Assembly: GCF_000143415.4 (NCBI RefSeq)
Contig: NW_003314387.1
Location: 347,828-378,765, forward strand
Direction of reading: 5' to 3'
DNA length: 30,938 bases
From: Selaginella moellendorffii
Taxonomy: Eukaryota; Plantae; Lycopodiophyta
The notes beneath the pieces are model-generated. The model saw only the letters and a list, made by a program, of their open reading frames with translations, was not told the DNA's origin and searched no databases. Positions within the stretch are counted from its first letter, which is position 1, and each line of letters starts with the position of its first letter. This document shows, in pieces, positions 10,394-20,833 of this stretch. The position numbers and the translations under genes were made by a program.

Positions 10394-11045
10394 CATGCAG
10401 TCTATGTTAGGAGATCTCAGCAGGCATGGTGGATCAATGTTCCATCTGGAACGGATGAAATTTCTTGCTCAAGGTGCTCGTCTGACCACATTCCATAGCA
10501 ATGTTCTGAAGCTGTACGTGAAGGAGATATTCGATGGGTTGTACAAAGAGATCAGGAAGATCCTGGTGCCGTTCATGTGGATGTTGTGCTGCCATTTGAA
10601 TGGAAATTCGGGGGTTGGTAAATCTGCATTCGTCTGGTACTTCCGGTCATGATCTACGAGTCCAGAGCGACTGTTTTGATGTTCAAGGGTAACAAGCTCA
10701 GGGTGGTGAATAGAGAAGACTTCCCTCAGGAGATTGTGCTGGACAGCAAAGTAGATACCATCTCATCGATCTGTGAGTGGACTTGGGGCGGATGGTTGGA
10801 AATAAAACCCTTGTTGCTGCTTCATCACCAGACGAGTTCAATGTCAGAAAAGCCAAGCGGACAACGTTCACTCGCTATCTGCCTGCGTGGGAAAAGCACG
10901 AGTACGATGCTCTTGTGTCTTCTTGGAGGAAACGCGTGACAGACTACGAGAGTGGATCGGAAGAAGCCAAAGAGATAACGCAGAGAGTGAATGCTGCTGA
11001 AATGGCGTTTGAATGGTTTGGAGGTATCCCCTAGTTTCTTTGGGA
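10394..11045 (+). pseudogene. Crinkler/RHS-type (CR) P-loop NTPase remnant
   Basis: Colinear motifs over three overlapping ORFs: LYVKEIFDGLYKEI, Walker A GNSGVGKS, IVLDS (Walker B-like), LVAASSPD, YLPAWEKHE and FEWFGGIP*. This motif order is characteristic of CRN/RHS NTPases. Two frameshifts and a stop. Confidence 0.7.
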
Positions 11046-11139
11046 TGTAGAAGCAAACGGTCTGACTGTGGAAGCTTTTGAAAGGGATTGAAGCACTTGA
11101 GTATGGTTCTGACTCCTGATTTTGTCCTTCAAGCGTTTT

Positions 11140-11345
11140 GAGTGTTGGTGGTCCAGGAAACCAAGGTGCGCATCTTCATGCTCTCAAACATGCTCCTGGC
11201 GGCGCTCAAGTTGAAACTTGCGTGAGAGCTATCCAGCAGACAATGGTCTTGCGCAGCATCTCGTGAACGGCCTTGTCAAAATGCCCATTCTCGCAAATGC
11301 GAGGATCCACGGTACTGGATTCTTCTCCGGGATTTGACCGAAGCT
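11140..11345 (-). pseudogene. PLS-class PPR remnant
   Basis: ENGHFDKA..EMLRKTIVCWIAL and LSAARSMFESMKMRTLVSWTT. Confidence 0.8.
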
Positions 11346-12033
11346 GTTCTTCGTGAGGGCAACGACGCCTTGGATGGTCCTAATGATGGAAGTCGTTGTA
11401 ATTCTTAGGATACTACTTTATCCATCACGAATAGCATCAATACAGTAATCACTTCGAAGCTTTTAAAATAGGATCTACATATTTTGTCTTGGTAATGGGA
11501 GATTTCACTTCCTGAACATAGTCGCTTCTATATATCAGGTGATAGCCACACACAAAAAAAATTCAAAAAATGGATGGATTTAACAGCAAATGAAATCAAT
11601 CAAGATGTGGACGTTAGATCTTGCTTCCGGCACCAGGAATCGTCTAAAATCAATCCATGGTGAGGCTCTTTGGGTATCGAGGTTTCTTCATTTGAATCCT
11701 TGGAATCTTTCGGTTTTCGGTTTTCGACATCCAAGCCGGCTCCCTTTCGTCCTTGGGCGGCTGGATGCCTTGGATGATCGCCGCATTTGCCGCGTCTTGG
11801 CGTCTGGAAGGGATGTGTCAGGGAGCGAAGCAATTGCGTCAGAATAGATGCAGCTGAGCTTCTGGACCAGCTCGTCCCAAGTCCGGCACGACAGGCCCGT
11901 TGTGTAGTTGAGAGAGAGGGGATGGAAAAGGTCGCCTTTGTCTGGGTGTAACCGGATGGAGAGCTCCGAGGGATTCAAGCCACCCAAACATCGAGAGATG
12001 GCAGCTTTCCGCTGCACAGACACCTCCACTAAA

Positions 12034-12082
12034 ATCTAACGGTTTGGATGGTATATTCTAAGATATCCTTTAATCCAACGGC
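12034..12082 (+). promoter_or_regulatory. Pair of MSA-like (AACGG, MYB3R-type) motifs
   Basis: ATCTAACGGT at 12034 and ATCCAACGGC at 12073, with a TATA-like TATAAA at ~12130. No associated intact gene is seen. Confidence 0.3.
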
Positions 12083-12665
12083 TGTGATGTATCGCTCTTA
12101 ACCTTTTATTTGTTTGTAGTTACCACTAATATAAACTGCGTTTAAAAGTTCATTCTCATTCACTATTTCTAGCTTGTTGTCTAGCGTCTTTCTTGTTCAA
12201 ATGGTGAGGAAGGCTTGCATATGCTGGCAGGGTCATCGAGAATTCAATGGCACAACATTGTGTGTGATTGATAGATTATGCTGAAGTGACAACTGATGAG
12301 AATTTGGTATATATGATCGAATTGGTAAGCTCAATGGCATGTTTGTGCTGTTTGTGTGCTACTGGAGCAAATCAAATATATATATATCTTCCCTTCCACA
12401 AAATTTGATTGCATGAGTACAGTGGAGATGCACCTAAGTTAATACTTTTTAATGATCTGTTTGTTTAAGTCTGTAATAATGGATTCCATTGATTACAAGT
12501 TTGGTTTTGCTTCTTTACTATGATCTAGTACCAACTTAACAACACAGTTAATCTTAGGTGAGATTTTGAGGAGAGCCACTCTCACTAGTAGATTGTATAG
12601 TGTTATAAAAAAGGAAAATAATAAAATGGTCCAACACAGTTAATTTAATAATAAAATAATAAAAT

Positions 12666-12801
12666 AGTGTTCATGTTAGGGGGCGACCCTAACACCGTAT
12701 TATTCTTGATTGAAAGTCGAGGCGGATGGGAATCGAACCCAGCAACCCTTCACAATAGAACATTACAGCGTGCATGCTATAACCACAAAGCCATGAACAC
12801 T
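12666..12801 (-). ncRNA. tRNA-derived Pol III-type element (Tyr-like head) with paired termini
   Basis: A-box-like TGGCTTTGTGG, B-box GGTTCGATTCC, CTGTAA anticodon-loop-like motif, 10-bp terminal inverted repeat AGTGTTCATG/CATGAACACT, followed by ATTTT. Confidence 0.6.
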
Positions 12802-12869
12802 GGGAGATAACAAAATATTATTTCAGCACCTCTTATTTGAAAAACAAGATTTGGAATCCATCTGATTGT

Positions 12870-13450
12870 CCACGTCGACGACATCCAGGGGCTGCGAGGC
12901 CAGAGATTTGGAGGATCCACGCGCGGATCCTGGAGAGCAGCTACTGGCCGAATCAATACCGTCTTCATCCGGCATGAAATCAAAGATTTCTTCCTCTGCT
13001 ATTCACTGCTGGAAGGGGAACCCATGGAACGTCCTGTCATTCTGGGCAGTAGATTCGTCCAGGACACGAGATCCTTGGCCGGCGTTTTTGCCCAAGCTCG
13101 ATTTCGCTGCCACAATTTGCCCCTGCTGCGCGAGAGCCATTATCATCGAGTTCCATGGCGCTCTGAGACGCAATCAAACATAGACTCTCACTCTCGGATG
13201 CGGGATGCCGCCACATACGCGGTGACCATCGCGTTCCAGGAGACGATCCTAATCGAACAAGATTGACGCCGCATCGATCGAATGCCCTGTTCTTGCTGCT
13301 CGCATTTGCCAGCGAAAGGGAATATCGCGCGATCCAAGAGCCTGAACCCGGCGCGGCGGCGTGGATCATTCGGGGGGATCGGCACGAGAGAAGATTTAGC
13401 TCCAGCAACGCTGCCGAGAGCGACTTTGCGGAGAAGAGAAATCCCTCGTT
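12870..13450 (-). pseudogene. PLS-class PPR remnant
   Basis: RMIHA, GKC..RAFD, IVSWNAMVTAY, WNSMIMALAQQGQIVAAK, KDLVSWT and EIFDFMPD, spread over different frames. Confidence 0.85.
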
Positions 13451-13455
13451 CATAC

Positions 13456-13557
13456 AAAAAAATTTGATTGGGTCTCTGGCTGTGGGTTCGAACCTGTGAC
13501 CTTGCCAATATATTTTTTTATTCTAGTCAGATATCCGGCCATCAGGTTCCCGTCCAA
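13456..13557 (-). repeat. Conserved hairpin/B-box element, copy D
   Basis: 91/99 identical to copy A. B-box GGTTCGAACCC and T7 tail. Confidence 0.85.
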
Positions 13558-13644
13558 AGTGTACACTAATCGCTTCTTAACGTATACCATAATGTAAACA
13601 GCGGCGCAAGAGATTTTCGTTTTGTGGGCGCCTGGCGCGCAGCG

Positions 13645-14700
13645 TGTCAAGCTCAAGAAAGAAACCATTCTCTTCTCGATGGAATGAAACTCTCACTTTC
13701 TCCATGCTCTGGCGAGGCCATGGCAAACAAAACGGGTTGGATGGACTCTGCATCTCAATCTGAGCAAGCAGCTGATGCAGAAGTTATTTTTGAGAAACAA
13801 AGTATAAGTATGCTGCAACAAGAACCAGCAACATCCGTTTAAGATATTGTTCTGGAAGATGGCTTGTCTGAGCTCGAGTTTGATTTGATCCAGGCACCAT
13901 GGTCCCGGGAATCTATTCTTCACTTGGTTGTCCAAGCTGGAGGTCCATAGGTTTGGATCCTTTCAAATCCTCGGGGCGTGAGACTCTGGAGCTCCAAGTT
14001 TTGATGCCTTCTCTTGGCAATAATATAATATATTGCTCTGAAACCGTGAAAGCTTACTCACCCGCAAACAAAACTCCAGGGTTGCACCAGAGATCCAATA
14101 AACCTGTGAGAGCCTTGACCAAGCTCAAACTCAATCAGCTCAGAGCAAGCTTTCTCAAAAGTTTCCAAGAGCAGATGGCATAACACAAAAAACGTATATC
14201 AGGTCACCAACTCATCTCATCACAAGTTGCGTTGTGGTCACTCCACGCCTTGGATGTTGATGAACTACAGGCCTCCATTTTATCTTGGAAAATGCTCGAG
14301 GCCAAAGGGTGGCGAAGATGAGGAATGAAGCGATCTGGACTGGACAAGAGTATAAGCAAAATGAGCACGAGAAGAACCACACATGCCGCGGAAAAGCAGT
14401 GCTTGTGCTTGTGAGCCTAGTTTGAAGATGTCTGAGACTGAGAAGAAAGACCATGCTGCTCGACTCATAGAGCACGCCCGGCAGCAGCACACCGCCCGGG
14501 TAAAGAGCCCCCTGGATCGAAAATGTGCAGCAGTAGCGTATAATGGCAATGGCGGTGGTTTTCCATGGCATCGTTCTTGAGCCTTGACGAGGAGGTGCCA
14601 TCCAGCGAAGATTTGCAGGAAGGAGGAGCGATCTCCAGCGGTGGGCGCCTGGGCGAGAATGCGGTGAGCACAGATCTGGGAGGGGGAAGGCGCATCCACG
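13645..14700 (-). pseudogene. F-box/LRR gene remnant, copy D (most complete)
   Basis: F-box-like LPDL/CAHRILAQAP/LEIA..SCK..WHLLVK across frameshifts near 14700-14570. TATACTCTTGTCCAG and GCTTCATTCCTCA.CTT.GCCACC are shared with copy F, the latter also with copy A. Confidence 0.65.
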
Positions 14701-14714
14701 AGGAAAATCGTCTC

Positions 14715-15180
14715 CAGCGGCCTCGAGGTTCCTTGCTAATCTGGTCATAGAAAGGTATGGAAAGTGCGGGCGCTGGAAATCTTCCAGAAGATGAAAGATC
14801 GAGGTTCTTTCTCGTGGAAGATTGCGATCGCGGCATTTGCCCTTGTTACTCTTTTTCGAGCATCCAGTTATTTCTCTTGGCAGCTATCAATGCCGATCCG
14901 GGGGAGATCCACGCGCTAATCATCGCCGCGTTACGGTGCTCCGTTGGCGAGCATGCCATCGCCGAGATCTTCTTCTGCCAAGAACTGGACAGACACTTGC
15001 ATCGGGTGGAACCAGGGCATTGCCGTGTGAGCTCGAGACTGGCATCCCAGCCTGATCGGCGCCACATCCCAATCTCTGCCCCAAGCTCCAATTACTACAA
15101 CGACAAGCCAAAGATGGTGATGGTGTTATTGTCTCAGCTCCAGGATTGCGAGGAGATCAGACAGCAGGGGTATGGCCTCC
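14715..15180 (+). pseudogene. PLS-class PPR remnant with possible E+ trace
   Basis: RFLANLVIERYGKCG, EIFQKMKDR..FSWKIAIAAFA, GEIHALI and EEIRQQGY. Confidence 0.75.
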
Positions 15181-15289
15181 TCCAAAGGCCGTGGTTGATT
15201 TACCCTCCAGCAGTAGTCTTTCAACCAGGCCTGGGGCGGGCCTTCTGCCAACTTAAGTCGAGGTTCCTGGTGTTTCTCACCATGTGTTT

Positions 15290-15500
15290 CTCACCTGGAT
15301 CTCTGCCACATCGCCATTGATAGCTGCAAGAATTCGATCGACGAGCATTTGCTGGGCAAATGCGTTCCAGAAGAAAACATTTCCATCTTCCATTTTGTGG
15401 AGGACACCCAAGGCATCCGCGGTGCGCCCGCACTTTCCATACATTTCCATGACGAAATTCGTGAGGAACGATCAGAGCAGCGTCTCCTCCTCGTCGTCAA
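15290..15500 (-). pseudogene. PLS-class PPR remnant, inverted paralogue of 14728-14911
   Basis: DRFLTNFVMEMYGKCGRTADALGVLHKMEDGNVFFWN. Exact 19-nt and 13-nt inverted matches to the + copy. Confidence 0.85.
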
Positions 15501-15554
15501 GAAAAATGCGATGGAACCATTCGTTAACTACAGGTAAGCTTCGTCAAAATAGCA

Positions 15555-15885
15555 AATGTCGCAAGGACAGCGATAGCAGAGGTGACGCTGCCACCATTGG
15601 GCGACCTGGATAACGATACGCTGCTCTGCACTTTTGCTTGCATTCCAACAAGGAAGTTCCTCACCCGAGAAGCGCTTGTCTGCTGTGCTTGGCTGGATGA
15701 TCCGGTCTGGCTCAAACCAAGACAAGCCTTCAAACAATACCTCGCAAAGCAAGCATCACAAGCATTGCTTTTGTGATTTAAAGTGGTATGTATATACTCT
15801 TGTCCAGATTGCTCAAGAACGCACAAGAGACTGTCTTGAGCTTCATTCCTCACCTTTGCCACCTTTCGATTTTCGCCAAGCGATG
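15555..15885 (+). pseudogene. F-box gene 5' remnant, copy F, interrupted by the gypsy LTR
   Basis: LGDLDNDTLLCTFACIPTRKFLTREALVCCAW fits the F-box consensus. Homology to copy A stops at the LTR boundary. Confidence 0.8.
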
Positions 15886-16045
15886 TGAAGAGGTGTGAAA
15901 ACTCCTCTTCGCTGGAAATCTATTGTTAGTAAGAAAACAAAAGAGAAAAAGGCCCGATCTCCAAGGGCAAAGAAGAAGCACGAGAAAAAGAATGCTGTGT
16001 ATTGATAAGAAAAACGATGGAATGGAGATATGTATCCACAATTCA
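15886..16045 (-). mobile_element. 3' LTR (160 bp)
   Basis: TGAA...TTCA inverted termini. PPT adjacent on the inner side, and host F-box homology ends at the outer side. Confidence 0.8.
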
Positions 16046-16058
16046 GATTCCCCCTTTT
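16046..16058 (-). other. Polypurine tract
   Basis: Minus strand reads AAAAGGGGGAATC directly before TG. Confidence 0.75.
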
Positions 16059-16189
16059 GAAAGGCTAGCAGTTCTAACTGCTAGCATATACTATATGTTG
16101 TGCATGATTTAATCTATGGCTCCGATGCAGCCTTGGGTTCAAAGTCGGAGTCCCTTGAGCCTGGGTTTTTGGTTGATACACTCTGCTCC

Positions 16190-16794
16190 TCTGACAGAAC
16201 TAGACACCGTCCTCGGTGCGAACATAGTCAGTTTCCATCGCTTGTTGCTGCTGCTACTCAAGTCGATAGAGGCGACGTTTTTGCTGCGGGAGTGTAAGCT
16301 CGTGGTTAGGGACACTATCTGGTGGATCTGTCCCATCTTCCTGGAGGTCGGCTACCTCAGCCAGCAGGGCAGTATGATCATCCTCGAGCTTTCAGTAGCA
16401 AGTGTTGAGCTCTTTGTATTTGAATTTGTAGGTGAATTTGTGAGCTGTTGATGGGGTTGATGGCTGCTTGGAGATGATCTTTCTGATGTCCTGGAGGTCA
16501 GTGCGGATTTGCTTCATCTCTTCGAGCTGAGCATCCAGCTGGTGGTTTAAAGGCTCATAGAATTCCTTCTTAATCGCTCCCTGGAGTCTTGCTTGAGAAG
16601 ATGCTATGCAATGTCAGCTCGTGTTGGGAAGTATTTTGCTTGGTCGCGGTGCATGCGTTGATTGAGGGCTTCAAATAACTTGCGGGTGTAGTAGCTTGGG
16701 TCGCGAAGTTTTTCTTCGTACTCCTTCCTGATCCCGTCATAATCATGGCGTACCTGACTCTGTGGCTGAAGCATAGCTGCTGCTCCTACTCCTT
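16190..16794 (-). pseudogene. C-terminal part of the gypsy extra 3' ORF (coiled-coil-like)
   Basis: Reads on from 24110 once the nested element is removed (HGAGVGAAAMLQ...YEEKLRDP). Stops and frameshifts follow. Confidence 0.6.
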
Positions 16795-18358
16795 TGTGAG
16801 ACACAAAATCCCTAGGCCCCAAAGTGGAGCTGGAAAGGGTGCCATGTGGTAGTGGCCGAAGTGAAAGCCAAACAAGCGTAACACGTTTGGACTAAAAGCT
16901 CCGACTTGAAAGGTCGAGAGCGGGAGTGGAACTCCCAACAAAGTGCTCGAGGAACAAGCATGAAGCAAGCAATAAGCAAGGCTCCAAAAAGGGACCCAAA
17001 AAGGACCAACACATGACACGTGAAAGTGTCTGAGGTGGAGTCCGAGGTGGAGTCCGAGATGGAGTCCGAGATGGAGTCCGAGATGGACCCAGACGGAGTC
17101 CGAGATGGAGTCCGAGATGGACCCGAGACGGAGTCTGAGATGGAGTCCAAAGTGGAGTCCACGATGGAGTCCGAGATGGAGTCCGAAGTGGAATCCGAGA
17201 TGGAGTCCGAGATGGACCGAGACGGAGTCCGAGATGACCGGGACCAAGACCGAGACCAAGACCGAGACCGGGACTGAGACCGAGACCGGGACCGAGACCG
17301 AGACCGAGGTGGAGGCCGAAACCGAGTCCGAGTCCGAGTCCGAGTCCGAGTCTGAGTCCGAGTCCGAGTCCGAGTTCGAGTCTGAGAGGGTGAAAGCCCA
17401 AAGCGTTCGTCTCCCAGATCCTGGGGGTTTTGGCTCCAAAAGTATAGTAAGGGGGAGGACTGTAGTGGAGCCAGTTTGGCCAGGAAAGGCCAGACCCAGT
17501 GTTGGGTGATGAACTGACCACTGGGAAGTCCAAGACTAGAGTGAACACGGACCGACAAGCGGGGTAGCTTGGTGAAGTGTTCAAGAGCCGGCTCTAGTTC
17601 CCCCGGGAGATCGACTGGCCGATGCTCCCAGTCCAAGTGTGGGTGGCACTACCTACTTGGATACCAGACGTGGCTCAATGGAACCTCGCTCTAAGCCCAT
17701 GGCTAGAGCACCCAAGGGCGGAAGGTGGGGAAAGTACCTAGGTGGCTCGCGTAAGGCCACGGTGTTCCGAAATGTCGTCCCAAAGGCCCAGACTGTGGAA
17801 AGGAAGAGGAACAGTCCTCTAGGGTGTGACCAAGGACACAGTCATGTGGTGATGAAGTCCTAGAGGACCGTGGGGCTTAGTGGTCGGGCCGGTGGGCCTC
17901 GATCCAGTGGCAGTGTTGGCAAACACGGCCAAAGGCAAAAAGGGACTTAATGGGGACTGACAGAGGGATATTGGGGAAGGCTGTTCCCTTTGTCGGTTAG
18001 CATCCTAAGGATGCTAAGGAGTGGATCTAGGATGACCACTCATGGATGGTTGGCCCAGTCTTGGAGAGACAAGACTGTGTTGCAAGTGGTATTGGACTAC
18101 CAGTGCAGCAAAGGTGATTGGGCATGGCCTTAGCGTAACAGGCTGTTATGTTGGTGGTACCTTTGAATGTCGGTCATGGGATTGGACACATGGAACACTT
18201 GGACCAGGTGCAAGGGTTGAGTGGCATGGATGCCATTTTTGGGGCTAGCAAGTCCCAAGTCCTGAATTGGACTTATGGAGGTTGTGAATGAGACTCCTCC
18301 AAATGGTCGGAGGTGTGGTTAAGTGACTAAAGTAGAATGGAAAAATTAGTCACTTACA
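16795..18358 (+). mobile_element. 5' LTR (1564 bp)
   Basis: TGTGAG...CTTACA. Direct repeat of 22391-24109 and followed by the PBS. Confidence 0.95.
17030..17386. repeat. Compound minisatellite in LTR: (GGAGTCCGAGAT)n, (CCGAGA)n, (CCGAGT)n
   Basis: Directly visible 12-mer then 6-mer arrays. Confidence 0.95.
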
Positions 18359-18361
18359 ACT

Positions 18362-18373
18362 TGGTATCGGAGC
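18362..18373 (+). other. Primer binding site, tRNA-iMet
   Basis: TGGTATCGGAGC, one mismatch from the canonical TGGTATCAGAGC, 3 nt after the LTR end. Confidence 0.9.
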
Positions 18374-20833
18374 TGTTCCTTAGTCTGACTTTTATTGATG
18401 CTCAAGTATATCACCATTGATGTTGGCATCGGAAGGTCCTAGGAGTGGGCTTATCCTTGAGGAGTAGCATGTCAAGAGGACACAACTCTCCACTCAAGTT
18501 CATGCGTGAACTTCGGCACAATGCGGTGGATAGAAAAGGGCCAATAATGAAACGACTTTGGGATCTTGGGAACAGTATAAGGTTTCCTCAGAGAGCTGAG
18601 GATGTGATCCAAATGAGTGTTTGACGCAACAAACGGGCTAACGTAGTTGTGATAAACAACTATAGTTGGGATCACGGGAAAGATAAAGACTCCAAAGCAA
18701 TAAAAGAGTCACAAGATTATCCTCATATAGTTGAGGTTGGTGCTCATGAATGTGAGACCAGAAGTAATGACTGTGGGAGGTCAAATACAGAAGAGGGCTA
18801 AAGTCCTTGAAATGGTAGCTGGGGCTACCTTTAATAAATGCTGGAACAACCCAAGGAGTTGGGGGGTGTACTTAGAGATGAGTTAGTATTCTCATCACAT
18901 GGACAAGTAGTCCTAAGGGGCAAAGGTTGCCCCAGAGAACAAAATCAAGTGTCAGAGTAACACTTGTGAAAATAGTCCTTGTGAGTGAGGACATGAATGC
19001 AAGAAGTGTATTCTAGTGAGCTAGTGCCCGACAAGTAGGACCTTATGGGTCTGTGGATTAACGAAGTCCAAAACTGTTGGATAACTCAAGGAGAGTCAAG
19101 GAATGGTCCTAAAGGACTGATGGAAGCATTTGGACTGAAGTGTGTGGTACCCCACGAAGGATGGGGGGGATCATAAGATCCAAGGATGAGAACAGAGGGT
19201 ATCTCATCGATGGCAAAATATGCCATGCTAAAGTCGTGGGAAGGGTGTTCCCAAAAAAAAAAAACTTTGAAACAAAGTTGTGTGTGACCTCTATGGTGCA
19301 GTGCTAACGGATGGTTGGCATGAGAAAGAGTGGTATTGATCTTGGCAAAGACTTAGACACAAAGAAGAAGTGTCATAGAGGTAAACTCGTGGAGCCAATG
19401 GTGTGGAGACACCAAATGTGCCAAGGTGTGATACCTTGAGGCTATGTTGGTGGGTTCATGAGAACCCCTTGCCAAAGGAATCCCAATGGAAATGGAAATG
19501 GCATAGCCTAAGCTGCAGAGCATGCAGTTGAAGTGTGGTGACCCAGATAATGATGGAGGTGTGGAAGCACCAGCAATGAGTTGTAGGACTTGACAACTAT
19601 GAGGCAACTAAGCAAAAGGTGCAAAATAATTGGTTAAACGGGTAGAAGGTAGCTACCCAAGCCTTCTTAATGGCATAAGGAAATTGGATATACCCTTACG
19701 GGGGATAAGTTGCTTATGTTGCGATATAGTAAGTCAATGTCATGAAAGGAAATACTCATTGTTAAGGAAGCCATCATTGGGACACTTGAACACTCTAGAA
19801 CACCAGAAGGTGGTGTTTGATGTCGCGAGGGCAATAGATAAGGCCCAAGGGACTAAGTCCCTAGCGAATGATGGATAGAAGGTGCTATCCAAATGTCCAA
19901 GGTGGTAGAGACAGGAGAAGACTGTCTACTCGAATTGGACAAAGCCAAAAATGGAATTTTGGCAAGGCTAGTGATGGGCATGTAAAGGCCCATAAGCAAC
20001 AACGTAATCTCAGTGTGTGGGATTATAGAGTGAGCATAACTGGATTGAGGAACCACTCCCTAGGCTATTGGGTAGGTTCATCCCTAAGAATACTTGCTAA
20101 GGCATGATAAAAAGTGCAAAGCTATCCTCTTGGTCTGGAGGAGAATGACCGAAGGAAAGGTGTGAAGCCAAAAGCAAGAAGTATGGGAGTAGAACCAAAC
20201 CATAGGAATCGAAAGGCATAACCAAGGTTGGTTATGCTAGCTGGGGGCTCGAGGGTGTTGCCGCTAGCAACCGTGATGCCATGGAAAGTCTAAAATATGG
20301 AATTGTCCATGTTAGACTATATGGTAATTGGAAAGCTTGCAAAAAGGGAGGCCTTAGTAAGCTAAGGGATAGAGTTCCTTCAAGGTTCCCAAAGATGATT
20401 CTAGGTAGTTTAGTACCTAGAAAGGCCAAGTGTAAATAGTTCAAAGAACGTGCGAAATCAGAGTGGCACAGCAGAAGCGTGGTCTTGAAGCTTGCCATGA
20501 GGCAAGGTTATCAAGGTTAGGGAAGTAGTTCCCGAGTGTTCAAAGAGAGGGCTTTGAACGAAAGTCAATGATCAAGGGCTTTCACACTTGTGCAGGAACC
20601 ATGTTACAGTGGTCGGAGGACTTGCCAAAGTGAGATTGGCAAGTCAGGGGAACAAATACCCTAGTTGAAGGTGATAACTTCAAAAAGGGTGGGCCATGGG
20701 GCCAAGCATGGAGGAGTCCATGCATGATCACAGACTTGTCAAGTGAGAGGACTTGATAGTGTGGAGGAACTAGGTTCCTAAGCTGTGATCTATAGCGCGC
20801 TTTGAGTATAAGTTGGTGCACCGGTGTGGGGAG

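Noticed and set aside
11590-12029. Overlapping ORFs of 77-113 aa
   Set aside because: No recognisable motif on either strand. Left unannotated.
17030-17386. CRISPR-like array
   Set aside because: Contiguous tandem units with no unique spacers, no cas genes, and a eukaryotic LTR context.
17382-17406. Hammerhead ribozyme core (CTGAGAG-GGTGAAAGCC-CAAA), as in retrozymes
   Set aside because: Lacks N7 and G12 of the CUGANGA/GAAA core. CTGA is CCGA in the other LTR, and no stems I/III are evident.
16786-17636. Long ORFs encoding SR-, DS-, ET- and GL-repeat proteins (also 22364-23335)
   Set aside because: They are by-products of stop-free hexamer arrays within LTRs and are open in nearly all frames on both strands.
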